64,000 nucleotides of DNA from Bacteroidales bacterium (GCA_024400775.1 JAKSMF010000001.1:1297-65296); one strand, 5' to 3'; counted from the stretch's first letter, positions 27,570 to 38,583 are shown. Made by a program: numbers and translations. The notes: generated by a model from the sequence alone, not told the origin.

Positions 27570-30062
27570 ATGAGCAAAAATCTGATCATCGTTGAGTCTC
27601 CGGCGAAAGCGAAAACCATCCAAAAATTTATCGGTAAAGACTATACGGTCATTTCGAGTAAAGGCCACGTACGCGACCTCCCGACGAAGGACCTCGGCAT
27701 TGACGTTTCAAAATCGTTTATGCCGCAATACGAAATTCTTTCCGAAAAGAAAAAATTGATTTCCGACATCAAAAAGATGGTGAACGAGGCAGACACGGTC
27801 TGGTTGGCAACTGATGATGACCGCGAGGGAGAAGCCATTTCCTGGCATTTGATGGAGGCAGCCGACATACCCACCGACAAGACGAAACGTATTGTTTTTC
27901 ATGAAATTACGAAAACCGCTATTGACAATGCGCTCGCCAATCCGCGCACGTTGGATGTAGATTTGGTAGATGCCCAGCAAGCGCGTCGTATTCTGGACCG
28001 CCTCGTAGGATTCGAACTTTCGCCCGTGCTGTGGCGCAAAGTAAAACCGCAGCTTTCCGCTGGCCGCGTGCAGTCCGTTGCCGTTAAGCTGATTGTGGAA
28101 CGCGAACGCAAAATCAACCAATTCAAGACAACTTCTGCTTATCGTATTGTAGGTCGTTTTTCATCTGAAACTGCTGAAAAACAAGAATTTGACGCTGAAT
28201 TGAACACTCGTTTCGATGCGAAGGAAGATGCCCGCGCATTCTTGGAATATTGCGCCGGCAAGATGTTCTACGCCGAAGCTGTAGAGAAAAATCCTGGCAA
28301 AAAAGCGCCGGCACCGCCATTCACCACGTCAACATTGCAGCAGGAGGCCGCCCGTAAGCTGGGCTTCTCCGTCAGCAAGACCATGGTGGTAGCGCAACAA
28401 CTTTACGAAGCCGGTTACATCACCTATATGCGTACCGACTCCGTCAACCTCTCCACCTTCGCATTGGCCGCCGCCAAAGAGGAAATCGTAAAACTTTATG
28501 GTGAGGATTACGCAAAAACCCGCAAATATCAGACCAAATCCATCGGAGCACAAGAGGCGCACGAAGCTATCCGTCCGACCTCCATGGCCAACCATACCAT
28601 TCCTGGCGACACCTTCGCCAAACGTCTGTACGAACTGATTTGGAAACGCACCCTCGCCAGCCAGATGAGCGACGCCAAGACGGAAAAGACCACCATTACC
28701 ATTCCTGTTCCCGGCCGCGAAGAAAAGTTCGTCGCCAACGGCGAAGTCGTTCTGTTCCAGGGATTTTTGAAGGTTTATACCGAATCCAGCGACGAAGAGG
28801 ACGAAGAGGTAAGAGGCTGGCTGCCGCCGGTCGAAGTCGGTCATTCTTTGATATACAGCGAAATCAAGGCGATGCAGAAATACGCCCAGCCGCCGGCGAG
28901 ATACACCGAAGCCAGCTTGGTCAAGAAACTCGAAGAACTCGGCATCGGCCGTCCTTCTACCTACGCTCCGACCATCTCCACCATCCAAAAACGCGAATAC
29001 GTACTCCGCGAAACCCGTCCGGGCAGCGAACGCGAATTCTGCCAGCTCATCCTCAAGAAAGACAACATCAAAGAGGAGATGAAGAAGGAAAAATTCGGTA
29101 ACGAAAAAGACAAACTCTTCCCCACCGATATCGGCATCGTTGTAAACGAATATCTGCAAGAAAACTTCGAATCCATCATGGATTACAGCTTTACCGCCAA
29201 AGTAGAAAAAGAATTTGACGACATTGCTGAAGGTAAAATACAGTGGCAGAATATGTTGCAGATTTTCTACAACACATTCCACGAATCCATCGAGCAGGCC
29301 CTCACCTACTCAAAAAAAGCCAGTGGCGAACGTTTGTTAGGCCAGGATCCGAAAACCAACGAAAACGTATATGTCAAGTTGGGAAAATATGGTCCGATGG
29401 CGCAAATCGGGGAGAATTACGAAGACCAAAAGCCGCGCTACGCCCGTTTGAAGCCCCATCAGTCAATTGAAAGCATCACGCTGGAAGAGGCGCTGGATCT
29501 CTTCAAACTGCCGCGCAATGTCGGACAGTACGAAGGTAAAGACGTTACCATCGGCATCGGCCGTTTCGGTCCGTACATCAAATTCGACAACAAGTTTGTT
29601 TCCGTACCGAAAGGCGAAGAGCCGACCGAAATCAGTCTTGAACGCTGCGTCGAACTAATTGATTTAAAGCGTAAAATGGATGTCGAACGTGCGCCGCGCG
29701 TATTGGGCGAACTTGACGGCAAAGAGATTACCGCCGCCGTTGGTCGTTTCGGCCCATACCTCAAATATGACGAAAAGAACTACACTTTGGAAAAGGGCAC
29801 GATGATTGTGAACATGACCTTGGAAGAAGCCATCGACCACATTCGCAACTCCAAAAACAAGAATGTACTGAAGAGCTTCCCTGAAAACGAAGAAGTCAAA
29901 GTGATGAACGGTCGTTATGGTGCATACATCACCAACGGAACCGATAACTTTAAGATTCCCAAGGGAATGCTGGGCGAAAATCTGACGTTGGAAGAGTGCA
30001 TGAACATCATCGCCACCACCGCGCCGACCGCCAAAAAGAAAACATTTAGAAAAAGCAAATAA
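27570..30062 (+). CDS. topA: DNA topoisomerase I
   Basis: 830 aa. It has a Toprim N-terminus (LIIVESPAKAKTIQKF...DDDREGEAISWH), the active-site region ITYMRTDS, and repeated C-terminal GRFGPY motifs. Confidence 0.95.
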   Translation: MSKNLIIVESPAKAKTIQKFIGKDYTVISSKGHVRDLPTKDLGIDVSKSFMPQYEILSEKKKLISDIKKMVNEADTVWLATDDDREGEAISWHLMEAADIPTDKTKRIVFHEITKTAIDNALANPRTLDVDLVDAQQARRILDRLVGFELSPVLWRKVKPQLSAGRVQSVAVKLIVERERKINQFKTTSAYRIVGRFSSETAEKQEFDAELNTRFDAKEDARAFLEYCAGKMFYAEAVEKNPGKKAPAPPFTTSTLQQEAARKLGFSVSKTMVVAQQLYEAGYITYMRTDSVNLSTFALAAAKEEIVKLYGEDYAKTRKYQTKSIGAQEAHEAIRPTSMANHTIPGDTFAKRLYELIWKRTLASQMSDAKTEKTTITIPVPGREEKFVANGEVVLFQGFLKVYTESSDEEDEEVRGWLPPVEVGHSLIYSEIKAMQKYAQPPARYTEASLVKKLEELGIGRPSTYAPTISTIQKREYVLRETRPGSEREFCQLILKKDNIKEEMKKEKFGNEKDKLFPTDIGIVVNEYLQENFESIMDYSFTAKVEKEFDDIAEGKIQWQNMLQIFYNTFHESIEQALTYSKKASGERLLGQDPKTNENVYVKLGKYGPMAQIGENYEDQKPRYARLKPHQSIESITLEEALDLFKLPRNVGQYEGKDVTIGIGRFGPYIKFDNKFVSVPKGEEPTEISLERCVELIDLKRKMDVERAPRVLGELDGKEITAAVGRFGPYLKYDEKNYTLEKGTMIVNMTLEEAIDHIRNSKNKNVLKSFPENEEVKVMNGRYGAYITNGTDNFKIPKGMLGENLTLEECMNIIATTAPTAKKKTFRKSK

Positions 30063-30071
30063 CCCCGTATC

Positions 30072-32255
30072 ATGAAAATCATCCGCAACATCTTCCTCCT
30101 GCTGCTCGTCGCTTGCAGCTTCACCGTATCGGCACAAAAAGAGATTACGCTGGAAAGCATCTGGAAAACGTATGCCTTCTATCCGGCCTACATCCGCGGT
30201 TTTGAGTCTATGCCCAATAGCGACTACTATTCCGTGAACAACGGGACGGCCATCGCCAAATTCAGCTTCGAAACGGGAAACCAGATTGAAGAGATTCTGA
30301 CCAACGACATGCTGCAATCGGCCTCCAACGGCAAACTGACGTTGCGCGATATCGACGAATACTCCTTCGACGCCTCCTGCTCTAAAATCCTGATTTCTAC
30401 GGAAGGTGAAAGCATTTATCGTCGCTCCACGCTCTCCAACTTCTTTGTTTACGATTTGAGTACTAAGAAGTTAACCGCCGTCGCCGACGAAAAGAACGGC
30501 AAACTCAACTTCGCCGACTTCTCCGCCGACGGCAACAAGGTGGCCTTCGTCCGCAACTACAACCTTTTCTATGTAGATTTACAAAGCGGCAAAGAAACAC
30601 AGATCACCTTCGACGGCAAGGAGAACGAAGTACGCAACGGCTGGGCCGACTGGGTTTATGAAGAGGAGTTAAGTCAGGCCAAATATTTCAGCTGGTCGCC
30701 CGACGGCAGCAAAATCGCCTTCCTGCGCTTCGATGAAAGCAAAGTCAAGGAATACACTATGCAGATGTGGGGTGAACTTTATCCCGAAAACTACACCTAC
30801 AAATATCCGAAAGCCGGCGAGGACAACTCTTTGGTTGACATCTTCGTTTATGACCTGAAAGCGAACAAATGCGAAAAAATCGACTTCCCGCGCGAAGACT
30901 GCTACTTCCCGAGAATCTATTGGCTGAGCAACTCCACCGACCTTATCGTTTTGAAAATGAATCGTTTGCAAAACAAAGTCGAATTTTATCGCTGCAATAC
31001 GCAAACCAAGGCCAAAGATGTAGTGCTAACTGATGAAAATGCCTGCTGGATTGACATTACCGACAATTATTATTTCTTAGACGATAACAACACTGTGATT
31101 TTCCTGTCGGAACGCGACGGTTATCGTCATATCTACAAAGCCGAATTCGGCAAAACGCCCGTACAGCTTACTTCTGGCAAATACGAAGTTGCGGAAATCA
31201 GTGCCGTTGATTTTCCGAAAAAGACTATTTATTACCTGTCTAACGAAACCGCTGTTCCGAATCAAGACCTTTTCAGCATTACTTTTGACGGTAAAAAGAA
31301 GAAAATGCTGACCGACGGCACCGGTTGGAACGAACCGACGTTCAACAGCAACGCGCACTTCTACTGCAACGAGTACAGCAACGCCAATACAGCGCCCGTT
31401 TTCACGCTTCACAACGCCAACGGCAAGCAACTCTATACCATTCAAGACAATGCCCGCTTTAATGCCAGCATGGAGCCTTACAAACTTGCCAAGAAGGAGC
31501 TGTTCACCCTCACGACTGCGGAAGGTGTTGAGTTGAGCGCATGGATGATGAAACCCGCCGACTTCGACCCGAACAAGAAATATCCCGTTTTGATGTATGT
31601 TTACGGTGGCCCTGAAACCCCGCAGGTACTTAACTCTTACAACAGTCCGTTTGATTACGCCTGGTATCAGATGCTTTGTCAGAAAGGCTACATTGTTGCC
31701 TGCGTTGACGGTCGTGGTACCGGCCGCAAGGGTGATGCCTTTACCAAGGTGATTTACAAGCAGATGGGTAAATACGAAGCCATCGACCAAATTGCCGCAG
31801 CGAAGTATTTCCAGTCGCTGCCGTACGTTGATAAAGACCGCGTCGGCATCTGGGGATGGAGCTTCGGCGGTTATCTGTCAGCACTCTCTATGTTCAAGGG
31901 CGAAGGCACCTTCAAGATGGCAATTTCCGTAGCGCCCGTCACCAATTGGCGTTACTACGACAACATCTATACCGAACGCTATCTGCAAAAACCTCAGGAC
32001 AATCCCGAGGGCTATGATGATAATTCGCCCTGCTACTTTGCCGACCAGCTGGAGGGCAACTACCTGCTGATCCACGGAACCGCGGACGACAACGTACATT
32101 TCCAGAACGCCATCGACCTGGTAACGCAGCTCAACAAGGCAGGCAAACAGTACGATATGTTCTTCTATCCGAACAAAAACCACTCAATCTATGGTGGCAA
32201 CACGCGCCTGCACCTTTATTACAAGCTCACCAACTTCATTTTGGAAAACCTGTAA
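30072..32255 (+). CDS. Dipeptidyl-peptidase IV (S9B serine peptidase)
   Basis: 727 aa. It has a signal peptide, a beta-propeller region (DWVYEEE), the catalytic GWSFGGY motif, and the Asp/His region (HGTADDNVH...NHSI). Confidence 0.9.
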   Translation: MKIIRNIFLLLLVACSFTVSAQKEITLESIWKTYAFYPAYIRGFESMPNSDYYSVNNGTAIAKFSFETGNQIEEILTNDMLQSASNGKLTLRDIDEYSFDASCSKILISTEGESIYRRSTLSNFFVYDLSTKKLTAVADEKNGKLNFADFSADGNKVAFVRNYNLFYVDLQSGKETQITFDGKENEVRNGWADWVYEEELSQAKYFSWSPDGSKIAFLRFDESKVKEYTMQMWGELYPENYTYKYPKAGEDNSLVDIFVYDLKANKCEKIDFPREDCYFPRIYWLSNSTDLIVLKMNRLQNKVEFYRCNTQTKAKDVVLTDENACWIDITDNYYFLDDNNTVIFLSERDGYRHIYKAEFGKTPVQLTSGKYEVAEISAVDFPKKTIYYLSNETAVPNQDLFSITFDGKKKKMLTDGTGWNEPTFNSNAHFYCNEYSNANTAPVFTLHNANGKQLYTIQDNARFNASMEPYKLAKKELFTLTTAEGVELSAWMMKPADFDPNKKYPVLMYVYGGPETPQVLNSYNSPFDYAWYQMLCQKGYIVACVDGRGTGRKGDAFTKVIYKQMGKYEAIDQIAAAKYFQSLPYVDKDRVGIWGWSFGGYLSALSMFKGEGTFKMAISVAPVTNWRYYDNIYTERYLQKPQDNPEGYDDNSPCYFADQLEGNYLLIHGTADDNVHFQNAIDLVTQLNKAGKQYDMFFYPNKNHSIYGGNTRLHLYYKLTNFILENL

Positions 32256-32285
32256 GCCGATATCCAAAACCGGCAGTTCCAATAA

Positions 32286-32323
32286 CAAAAATGCGGATTA
32301 GCATAGACTAATCCGCATTTTTG
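32286..32323. terminator. Bidirectional terminator between convergent DPP-IV and rfbA genes
   Basis: AATGCGGATTAG-cataga-CTAATCCGCATT is a perfect 12 bp stem flanked by an A-run and a T-run. Confidence 0.75.
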
Positions 32324-32345
32324 TTATTCCGAAAAGTTTCCTGAA

Positions 32346-33209
32346 TTATTCCGCAATCAGCTTCAACAGATATTCGCCATAGCCGCTTTTGCGGAGGGGC
32401 TCGGCGATTGCGCGAAGTTGGTCGGCGTTGATAAAGCCCTGCTTGTAGGCGATTTCTTCGATGCAGCCCACCATCAGACCTTGTCGCTCCTCAACCACCT
32501 GAACGAACTGAGTGGCTTCGATAAGCGAACGGAAGGTGCCGGTGTCGAGCCAAGCCGTACCGCGGTCTATCTTGCAGACTTTCAGTTTTTTGTGTTCAAG
32601 ATAGTAGCGGTTGACGTCCGTAATTTCGTACTCGCCGCGTGCGCTGGGTTTGATGTTGGCAGCCACCTCCACCACGGAATTATCATAGAAATAGAGGCCA
32701 GGAACGGCGTAATTGGACTTCGGCTGTTTTGGTTTTTCCTCGATGGAAACGGCATTCATCTGACTGTCAAATTCGACCACGCCATAGCGTTCGGGATCAG
32801 AAACGTGGTAGGCGAAAACGATGCCGCCGTCGGGGTCGTTGTTGAGGTGTAGGTTTTGTTCGAAGGCCGTGCCGTAGAAGATGTTGTCGCCAAGTACGAG
32901 CGCCACCTTGTCGTTGCCGATGAACTCGCGGCCCAGCACAAAGGCCTGCGCAAGTCCGTTAGGAACCTCCTGAACCTTGTACTCAAAGCGGCAGCCGATG
33001 CGCGAGCCATCGCCCAAAAGACGCTCGAAATTGGGCAGGTCGGTGGGCGTTGAGATAATCAGAACCTCACGGATTCCAGCTGACAGCAGCGTGGAAAGCG
33101 GATAATAGATCATCGGTTTGTTGTAAATCGGCATAAGCTGCTTGCTCATAGCCATCGTGATGGGGTGCAAACGCGTGCCGGCGCCTCCGGCCAAGATGAT
33201 TCCTTTCAT
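32346..33209 (-). CDS. rfbA: Glucose-1-phosphate thymidylyltransferase
   Basis: About 287 aa counted from [18 protein letters not shown]. It has LGDNIFYG and the C-terminal EIAYKQGFI. The ORF-track extension to 33287 contains the promoter box. Confidence 0.9.
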   Translation of the reverse strand: MKGIILAGGAGTRLHPITMAMSKQLMPIYNKPMIYYPLSTLLSAGIREVLIISTPTDLPNFERLLGDGSRIGCRFEYKVQEVPNGLAQAFVLGREFIGNDKVALVLGDNIFYGTAFEQNLHLNNDPDGGIVFAYHVSDPERYGVVEFDSQMNAVSIEEKPKQPKSNYAVPGLYFYDNSVVEVAANIKPSARGEYEITDVNRYYLEHKKLKVCKIDRGTAWLDTGTFRSLIEATQFVQVVEERQGLMVGCIEEIAYKQGFINADQLRAIAEPLRKSGYGEYLLKLIAE

Positions 33210-33236
33210 ATTAATTTCTCTTAAAAAATCAGGTTG

Positions 33237-33244
33237 CAAACTTA
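33237..33244 (-). promoter_or_regulatory. -7 box TAagTTTG for rfbA
   Basis: The reverse complement is TAAGTTTGcaacc, 28 nt upstream of the ATG at 33209. Confidence 0.5.
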
Positions 33245-33297
33245 CATATAATTTTGGAAATAGCGCTAAAATTGCAGCACTCTGCAAATTTACGGCA

Positions 33298-34446
33298 CTA
33301 TTTTCCCTTTTTCAAGATTAAGACATTGATTTCGGGTGTCGCGCCGAGGCGAAACGGCATAGAACCGCCCAGACCGAGCGAAACGAAAAGCTTCTGCCCG
33401 TTTTCTTCATAAAGCCCGCCCCACTCATCGTACATCCACTTGACGGGAGAGAAGTTTCCGACCTTGAACTGCATCGCGTGAGTATGTCCGGAAAGCATCA
33501 GCTCTATGCCAGTTTTTTGCAGAACCTCCATACGCCAATGTGACGGATCGTGGCTTAAAAGGACTTCAAACGTATTGTCATCCAATCCGTTGATAGCTTT
33601 TTTCAGATTTCCGCGCGGCGGAAGGGGGGGCTTGCCAATGTCGCCCACACCGATAATGGCGATGCTGTCGCTGTCGCGGTGCACAAAGCGATGTTCGTCA
33701 ATCAGAAGTTGCCAGCCGAGTGATTTTTCGTTGGCGATGAGTTGCGCGGTTTCGCGTGCCGAGCCCGCCGGATCTTTGTAGTGCGCGTATGTGCCGTAGT
33801 CGTGGTTGCCCAAAACAGAATAGACGCCGTCTTTGGCGTGGAGTTGTGACAAAATGTCGCTGAACGGCTCCACCTCATCGGCCTTCATGTTCACCAAATC
33901 ACCCGTAAAGACGATGACATCAGGATGCAGGGCATTGATTTTTTGCACCAAATCCTTTACAAAATGCGAATTGTCTCTGTAGGAGCCGACGTGGAGGTCG
34001 GAAATTTGCACAATGCGGTAGCCATCAAAGGCATCGGGCAGCTCGGAGAAGGTCAGTTGCTGCTCTTTTTCCACCATCCGCATTCTTCCGAATGTGCAGG
34101 CATAAAGCATAAGGAGAAAGACGACACCCGCCAATCCTAACGAAATGCACTCTCCTACTCTTCTGCCATTTTTCGACCATATCCCGATGATTATCGAGAT
34201 GAACGAACCGATGGCAAACGCAATTTTCGGAAGTGAAAGCAGCAATAGCAGACAGAAAAGGATTTTGGTCAGAACCGCCGACACTATGCCAAAAGGTCGC
34301 AGAACGGCAACGATAATCACGAATATGAGCGGCAAGAAAAAGAGGATGTTTTTCCATAACTTTTTCTTACGCAGATAAACGAACCAGATATACAGGTCGG
34401 GGAGTGCAAGAATGCAGGCAAAAGTCAGCCAGAGTGATGGTCTCAT
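33298..34446 (-). CDS. Membrane-anchored metallophosphoesterase
   Basis: 382 aa. It has about four N-terminal TM segments, then calcineurin-like motifs ISDLHVG, GDLVN, GNHD and GHTH. Confidence 0.8.
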   Translation of the reverse strand: MRPSLWLTFACILALPDLYIWFVYLRKKKLWKNILFFLPLIFVIIVAVLRPFGIVSAVLTKILFCLLLLLSLPKIAFAIGSFISIIIGIWSKNGRRVGECISLGLAGVVFLLMLYACTFGRMRMVEKEQQLTFSELPDAFDGYRIVQISDLHVGSYRDNSHFVKDLVQKINALHPDVIVFTGDLVNMKADEVEPFSDILSQLHAKDGVYSVLGNHDYGTYAHYKDPAGSARETAQLIANEKSLGWQLLIDEHRFVHRDSDSIAIIGVGDIGKPPLPPRGNLKKAINGLDDNTFEVLLSHDPSHWRMEVLQKTGIELMLSGHTHAMQFKVGNFSPVKWMYDEWGGLYEENGQKLFVSLGLGGSMPFRLGATPEINVLILKKGK

Positions 34447-34458
34447 ATCGAACTTTTA

Positions 34459-34490
34459 AAGGAAAAGCACCCGCGTGACGAGGTGCTTTT
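34459..34490 (-). terminator. Terminator after the OYE-like gene
   Basis: The minus strand reads AAAAGCACC-tcgtcacgcg-GGTGCTTTT followed by CC TTT. It lies 27 nt after the stop codon. Confidence 0.6.
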
Positions 34491-34516
34491 CTATGCAAAA
34501 TATTAGTACAGTCTCA

Positions 34517-35743
34517 CTATCTTTTTTCAAGTTTCTCAATCTCTTTTTCGAGGTTCTTCGGCAAGTTTTCGACACAGTGGTGGCACTTCATTTCGAGCGT
34601 GTACATACGGCCGATGCAGTAGTTGGAGTGTTTGCAGCCGCTACGTTCTTCGCCGGCGGCCAACTTATTGACGAAGTCGGTATCGTGAACGAGTGCGCGA
34701 GCCATCTGCAAACCATCGAAGCCGGCATCCAGCACCTCCTCCATCTTGGCTTTGGAGACCAAACCACCGACATAAATCAACGGCAGTTTGAGTTCGGCGC
34801 GGAACTTCTTGGCATCATCCAAGAAATAGGCCTCTTTGAACGGGACTTCCGGAATCATGATTTTACCGAACATGCGGACGCCCATCTTCAGCCACCAGAA
34901 TTTCCACGGATCCATGTAGTGAGTGAGGGTTTTGTAAGGCATACAGCCGCGCATAACGGCCATCGGAGCCTTACTGACGAAACCGGCAGTCAGCACCAAG
35001 CCATGAACGCCGAGTTTTTCCAGTTCTTTGGCAACAACCAAACATTCATCAATACCCAAACCACCTTTGAAGCCGTCGTACATGTTGGTTTTGACAACGA
35101 CTGCCATATCATCGCCGGCAGCCTTCATTACTTCATTGATAACCAAACGCATAAAGTTCATGCGGTGATCCAAATCGCCACCGAAGTTGTCTTTTCTGTG
35201 GTTGGTGTAAGGCGACAGGAACTGGCTGATGAGATAGCCATGCCCCGCATGGATTTCCACAGCGTCGAAGCCGGCCTGGCGTGCCAGGTTGACAGCTCTG
35301 CCAAAATCTTTCACTAAATCATAAATTTCCTGTTCTTTGAGTTTGCGCACAAAAGTAGGAGAATAGAGGTTGAAGCCGCCGGAAGCGCCCACGGGAGTCT
35401 GGCCGCAGGTGCTGCGATGCGTCATATTACCACAATGGCCCAGCTGAATGGAGGCCTTGGCCCCTTCCGCATGGATAGCGTCGGTGAGTTTTTTCAAGTC
35501 GGGAATAATTTCCTCGCGCATCCAAAGTTGCCCGTCGAAGGAGACACCGCTGCGATTTACGGAAGCGTAAGCAATGGTGGTCATACCGATGCCGCCCTTC
35601 GCGACAGCGGTATGGTAGTTGAAAAGATCTTGTGAAGGTTTGTTGCCGTAGCACATGTTTTCAAATGCGGCAGAACGAATCGTACGGTTGCGCAGGGTCA
35701 GCGGACCGAAGGTAACCGGTGTGAAAATTTTTGAGTCTGACAT
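34517..35743 (-). CDS. NADH:flavin oxidoreductase, Old Yellow Enzyme family (TIM-barrel only, Cys-rich tail)
   Basis: 408 aa with LRNRTIRSAAFE, IQLGHCG, VEIHAGHGYLISQFLSPYTNHRKDNFGG and the C-terminal CKHSNYC...MKCHHC. Confidence 0.85.
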   Translation of the reverse strand: MSDSKIFTPVTFGPLTLRNRTIRSAAFENMCYGNKPSQDLFNYHTAVAKGGIGMTTIAYASVNRSGVSFDGQLWMREEIIPDLKKLTDAIHAEGAKASIQLGHCGNMTHRSTCGQTPVGASGGFNLYSPTFVRKLKEQEIYDLVKDFGRAVNLARQAGFDAVEIHAGHGYLISQFLSPYTNHRKDNFGGDLDHRMNFMRLVINEVMKAAGDDMAVVVKTNMYDGFKGGLGIDECLVVAKELEKLGVHGLVLTAGFVSKAPMAVMRGCMPYKTLTHYMDPWKFWWLKMGVRMFGKIMIPEVPFKEAYFLDDAKKFRAELKLPLIYVGGLVSKAKMEEVLDAGFDGLQMARALVHDTDFVNKLAAGEERSGCKHSNYCIGRMYTLEMKCHHCVENLPKNLEKEIEKLEKR

Positions 35744-35819
35744 ATCTTTTTTTATTTCAAATTTTTCAAAAAAACAATAACTTTTTTCTTCAACACTTAA
35801 TCAAAAAACGGCAGAGTGA

Positions 35820-36608
35820 TTAGTAGATAAAGGGAATTACGCGCTTTAGTTTCTTGCCCTCCATTTCGGCGCCGAACTCTTTTTGATACTTATGATAGAG
35901 CGTGTTAGCACGAGGAACGAGATTAGCGAAAGTCCAGATGAAGAAGACGAGGCCGGCGAGCGACCATGTCATAATCGCAAAACCAAGCCACTCCATCAGT
36001 TCACCGCAGTAGTTGGCGGAGGTGACGTAGTTGAACATGCCACCTTTTGGCAGATAGTGCTTGGTATCCGCCGGATCTTTACGCAGATGACGGATAATGT
36101 AGTCGGAATGCAAATTTGTGGCAAAGCCAGCGATGAAAATCAGTACACCGATAATAAATTGCGGTGAGCAAATCCACTGAACATCAGTATAATGCAAACC
36201 AAATGCAGCATAATTGACGCGATAGGATTCGAAGAAAATCCAATAACCTTGCATCAAAGCGTTGAGGCAGTTGAAACAGAAACCCATCAACATGATACCG
36301 ATAGGCATTTTGCTTTTGCCATGCATTAAAAAAGGAAAGATGAACACCCGTTGAAAGTAGTGGATTTCAAAAATGATGAAGAAGAGCAGCGGCACCAGGT
36401 CGAAGCGATGCGGCGAGCACAGCCACATCACGACCATAGCTACAAAAACGGGAACCTCCATCACGAACCACGCCACCTTGTTGTTAATCAGTTTGCCCCA
36501 GCGAGAGGAAACCAACATGCCGTAACCCGCTTCAACAAAATAGAGGGCTACGAAAACGATGACGGCGATTACCGTCATTACCAAAAGGAAGATATTGAAT
36601 GCAGACAT
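35820..36608 (-). CDS. 3-oxo-5-alpha-steroid 4-dehydrogenase (steroid 5-alpha-reductase, SRD5A/DUF1295-like) membrane protein
   Basis: 262 aa and polytopic. The C-terminal segment HSDYIIRHLRK...YLPKGGMFNYVTSANYCGELMEWLGFAI resembles the steroid 5-alpha-reductase family signature. Confidence 0.7.
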   Translation of the reverse strand: MSAFNIFLLVMTVIAVIVFVALYFVEAGYGMLVSSRWGKLINNKVAWFVMEVPVFVAMVVMWLCSPHRFDLVPLLFFIIFEIHYFQRVFIFPFLMHGKSKMPIGIMLMGFCFNCLNALMQGYWIFFESYRVNYAAFGLHYTDVQWICSPQFIIGVLIFIAGFATNLHSDYIIRHLRKDPADTKHYLPKGGMFNYVTSANYCGELMEWLGFAIMTWSLAGLVFFIWTFANLVPRANTLYHKYQKEFGAEMEGKKLKRVIPFIY

Positions 36609-36613
36609 AATGG

Positions 36614-38431
36614 TTACTTAATCAGAATTTCCATAGGCAGACGAGCCTGAACGCCTTGCAGATGGCGCATTTGGCGCATTGCTGCGTATGCGGGATAAAA
36701 TTCGCCCAGTTCGTTGCGCAAATTGGCTTCGATCTGGCGGTCTTTGTTTTCAGGTTCGGTCACGATTTCAAAGAAGCTTTTCTTTTTCGGATAATAAACG
36801 ACTTCGAAATCGCTAATGCCAGCTTTATGAGCGGCGAGGTCAATGGCGTCGTGGAGGTTGCCCAACTTGTTCACCAAGCCGATTTTCACGGCGTCGGCAC
36901 CGGTCCACACGCGGCCCATGCCGATGCTGTCAACATTTTCCATCGTCATACCACGGCCTTTGGCGACGCGGCTCAGGAAGGTGTTGTAGGTGGCGTCAAC
37001 GCTTTGCTGCATATATGCGCTTTCCTTTTCGTCCATCGTGCGGAAGCCGCGCAAAGCGTCGGCGTGTGCGTTGGTGGCGACACCGTCAATGGTGACGCCC
37101 AGTTTGTTGGCCAGGAAATTGCCGACGCTCGGAATCATGCCGAATACGCCGATGGAGCCGGTGATGGTGGTCGGTTCGGCAACGATGGCGTCGGAATTGC
37201 TGGAGATGTAGTAGCCGCCGGAAGCCGCATAGTCGCCCATAGAGGTAACCACGATTTTGCCTGCGGCCTTAGCCTGTTCGATTTCATTCCAAATCACTTC
37301 GGAAGCCAACGCACTGCCACCCGGAGAGTTGACACGTAAAACGATGGCCTTCACCTTTTCATCTTTGTAAGCGCGACGGATTTCATTGCACAGCGTCGTT
37401 GAACCGATAACCGTTTCGTTACCGACGCCATCGATAATTTCACCCACGGCATAAACCACAGCAATTTTATCGGAAGAACTCTTTTTGACCGGGTCGGTCC
37501 AAGTGGCCTTGTAGTCGTTCAAACTCACCAACGTGATTTTCTTATCTTCCGAAACGCCGATTTTCTTGCGGATGTCGCGGTTATAAGCGGGACGGTAGTT
37601 AAGTTCGTCAACCAAGTGATATTCAAGGGCATCTGCACCACGACTAATCAACATGCTGTCGGCGATTTCATTAAGTTTTTCCACAGAAACCTTGCGTGAG
37701 GCAGCAATATCGGCACAGAAAGTGCCCCAAATGGAGTTCACCAGCGCCAACGACTGCTCGCGGCTGGCCTCACTCATATCCTCACGGAAATACGGTTCGA
37801 CAGCGCTTTTATAGCGGCCGTGCTTTACGATTTCAACATCCACGTCCAGCTTGTCCAACAAACCTTTGTAGAACAAGGTCTGCATGCACATACCACGGAA
37901 GTCGATGCTGCCTTGCGGATTCAGATAGACCTTGTCGGCGACGGATGCGATGTAATAGGCACCTTGCGTGTAGGAATCGCTATAGGCATAGACGAACTTA
38001 CCCGACTTTTTGAATTCCTTAAGTGCTCCGCGAATTTCCTCCATGCTGGCAGGACTTGCCGAAACAGCGGTGAGATTCAAGGAGATACCTTGAATTTTCT
38101 TGTCTTTGGCCGCCATCGTAATAGCGCGAAGGATGTCATCCAGTCCAATTGATGGCTGCTGGCCGTACACGGTGTAAGCGAAGTTATCGACTGACCGTTC
38201 TTCGATGTTGGCATCCAGCGTCAGTTCGAGCACAGAGTTCTTTGGAATGCTGGTGGAGGAGCTGCCGATGAGGAACACCAAAAGAATTATACCGAGGATG
38301 GAAAGCACAACGTGCGCCAGTACAAAGCCGAGAAGGGAGCCAAAGACCACGCGCCAGAACTTGCGGGCACGACCTTCTGGCTTAACTTTCTTCTGGCAAG
38401 GCACTTCATTTCTCAATTCTTCTTCATTCAT
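36614..38431 (-). CDS. sppA: Signal peptide peptidase SppA, 67K type
   Basis: 605 aa. It has an N-terminal TM segment and two ClpP/crotonase-like halves (VLRVNSPGGSALASE, ASGGYYIS). Confidence 0.9.
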   Translation of the reverse strand: MNEEELRNEVPCQKKVKPEGRARKFWRVVFGSLLGFVLAHVVLSILGIILLVFLIGSSSTSIPKNSVLELTLDANIEERSVDNFAYTVYGQQPSIGLDDILRAITMAAKDKKIQGISLNLTAVSASPASMEEIRGALKEFKKSGKFVYAYSDSYTQGAYYIASVADKVYLNPQGSIDFRGMCMQTLFYKGLLDKLDVDVEIVKHGRYKSAVEPYFREDMSEASREQSLALVNSIWGTFCADIAASRKVSVEKLNEIADSMLISRGADALEYHLVDELNYRPAYNRDIRKKIGVSEDKKITLVSLNDYKATWTDPVKKSSSDKIAVVYAVGEIIDGVGNETVIGSTTLCNEIRRAYKDEKVKAIVLRVNSPGGSALASEVIWNEIEQAKAAGKIVVTSMGDYAASGGYYISSNSDAIVAEPTTITGSIGVFGMIPSVGNFLANKLGVTIDGVATNAHADALRGFRTMDEKESAYMQQSVDATYNTFLSRVAKGRGMTMENVDSIGMGRVWTGADAVKIGLVNKLGNLHDAIDLAAHKAGISDFEVVYYPKKKSFFEIVTEPENKDRQIEANLRNELGEFYPAYAAMRQMRHLQGVQARLPMEILIK

Positions 38432-38575
38432 AATTATAATGTTTAAAATTAGCCAAAATGAACTGGCAAAAATACAACTTTATTATTGTTAATGAAATCA
38501 TTTCGGATATTTTTATCAACTATTTCAATGAATTAAAAAAAGCGAAAGAACCGATAATTTTTCTAATAAATACAG

Positions 38576-38583
38576 TATTTTTG
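38576..38583 (+). promoter_or_regulatory. -7 box TAttTTTG
   Basis: The context is TATTTTTGcaaaa, 38 nt upstream of the ATG at 38622. Confidence 0.45.
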
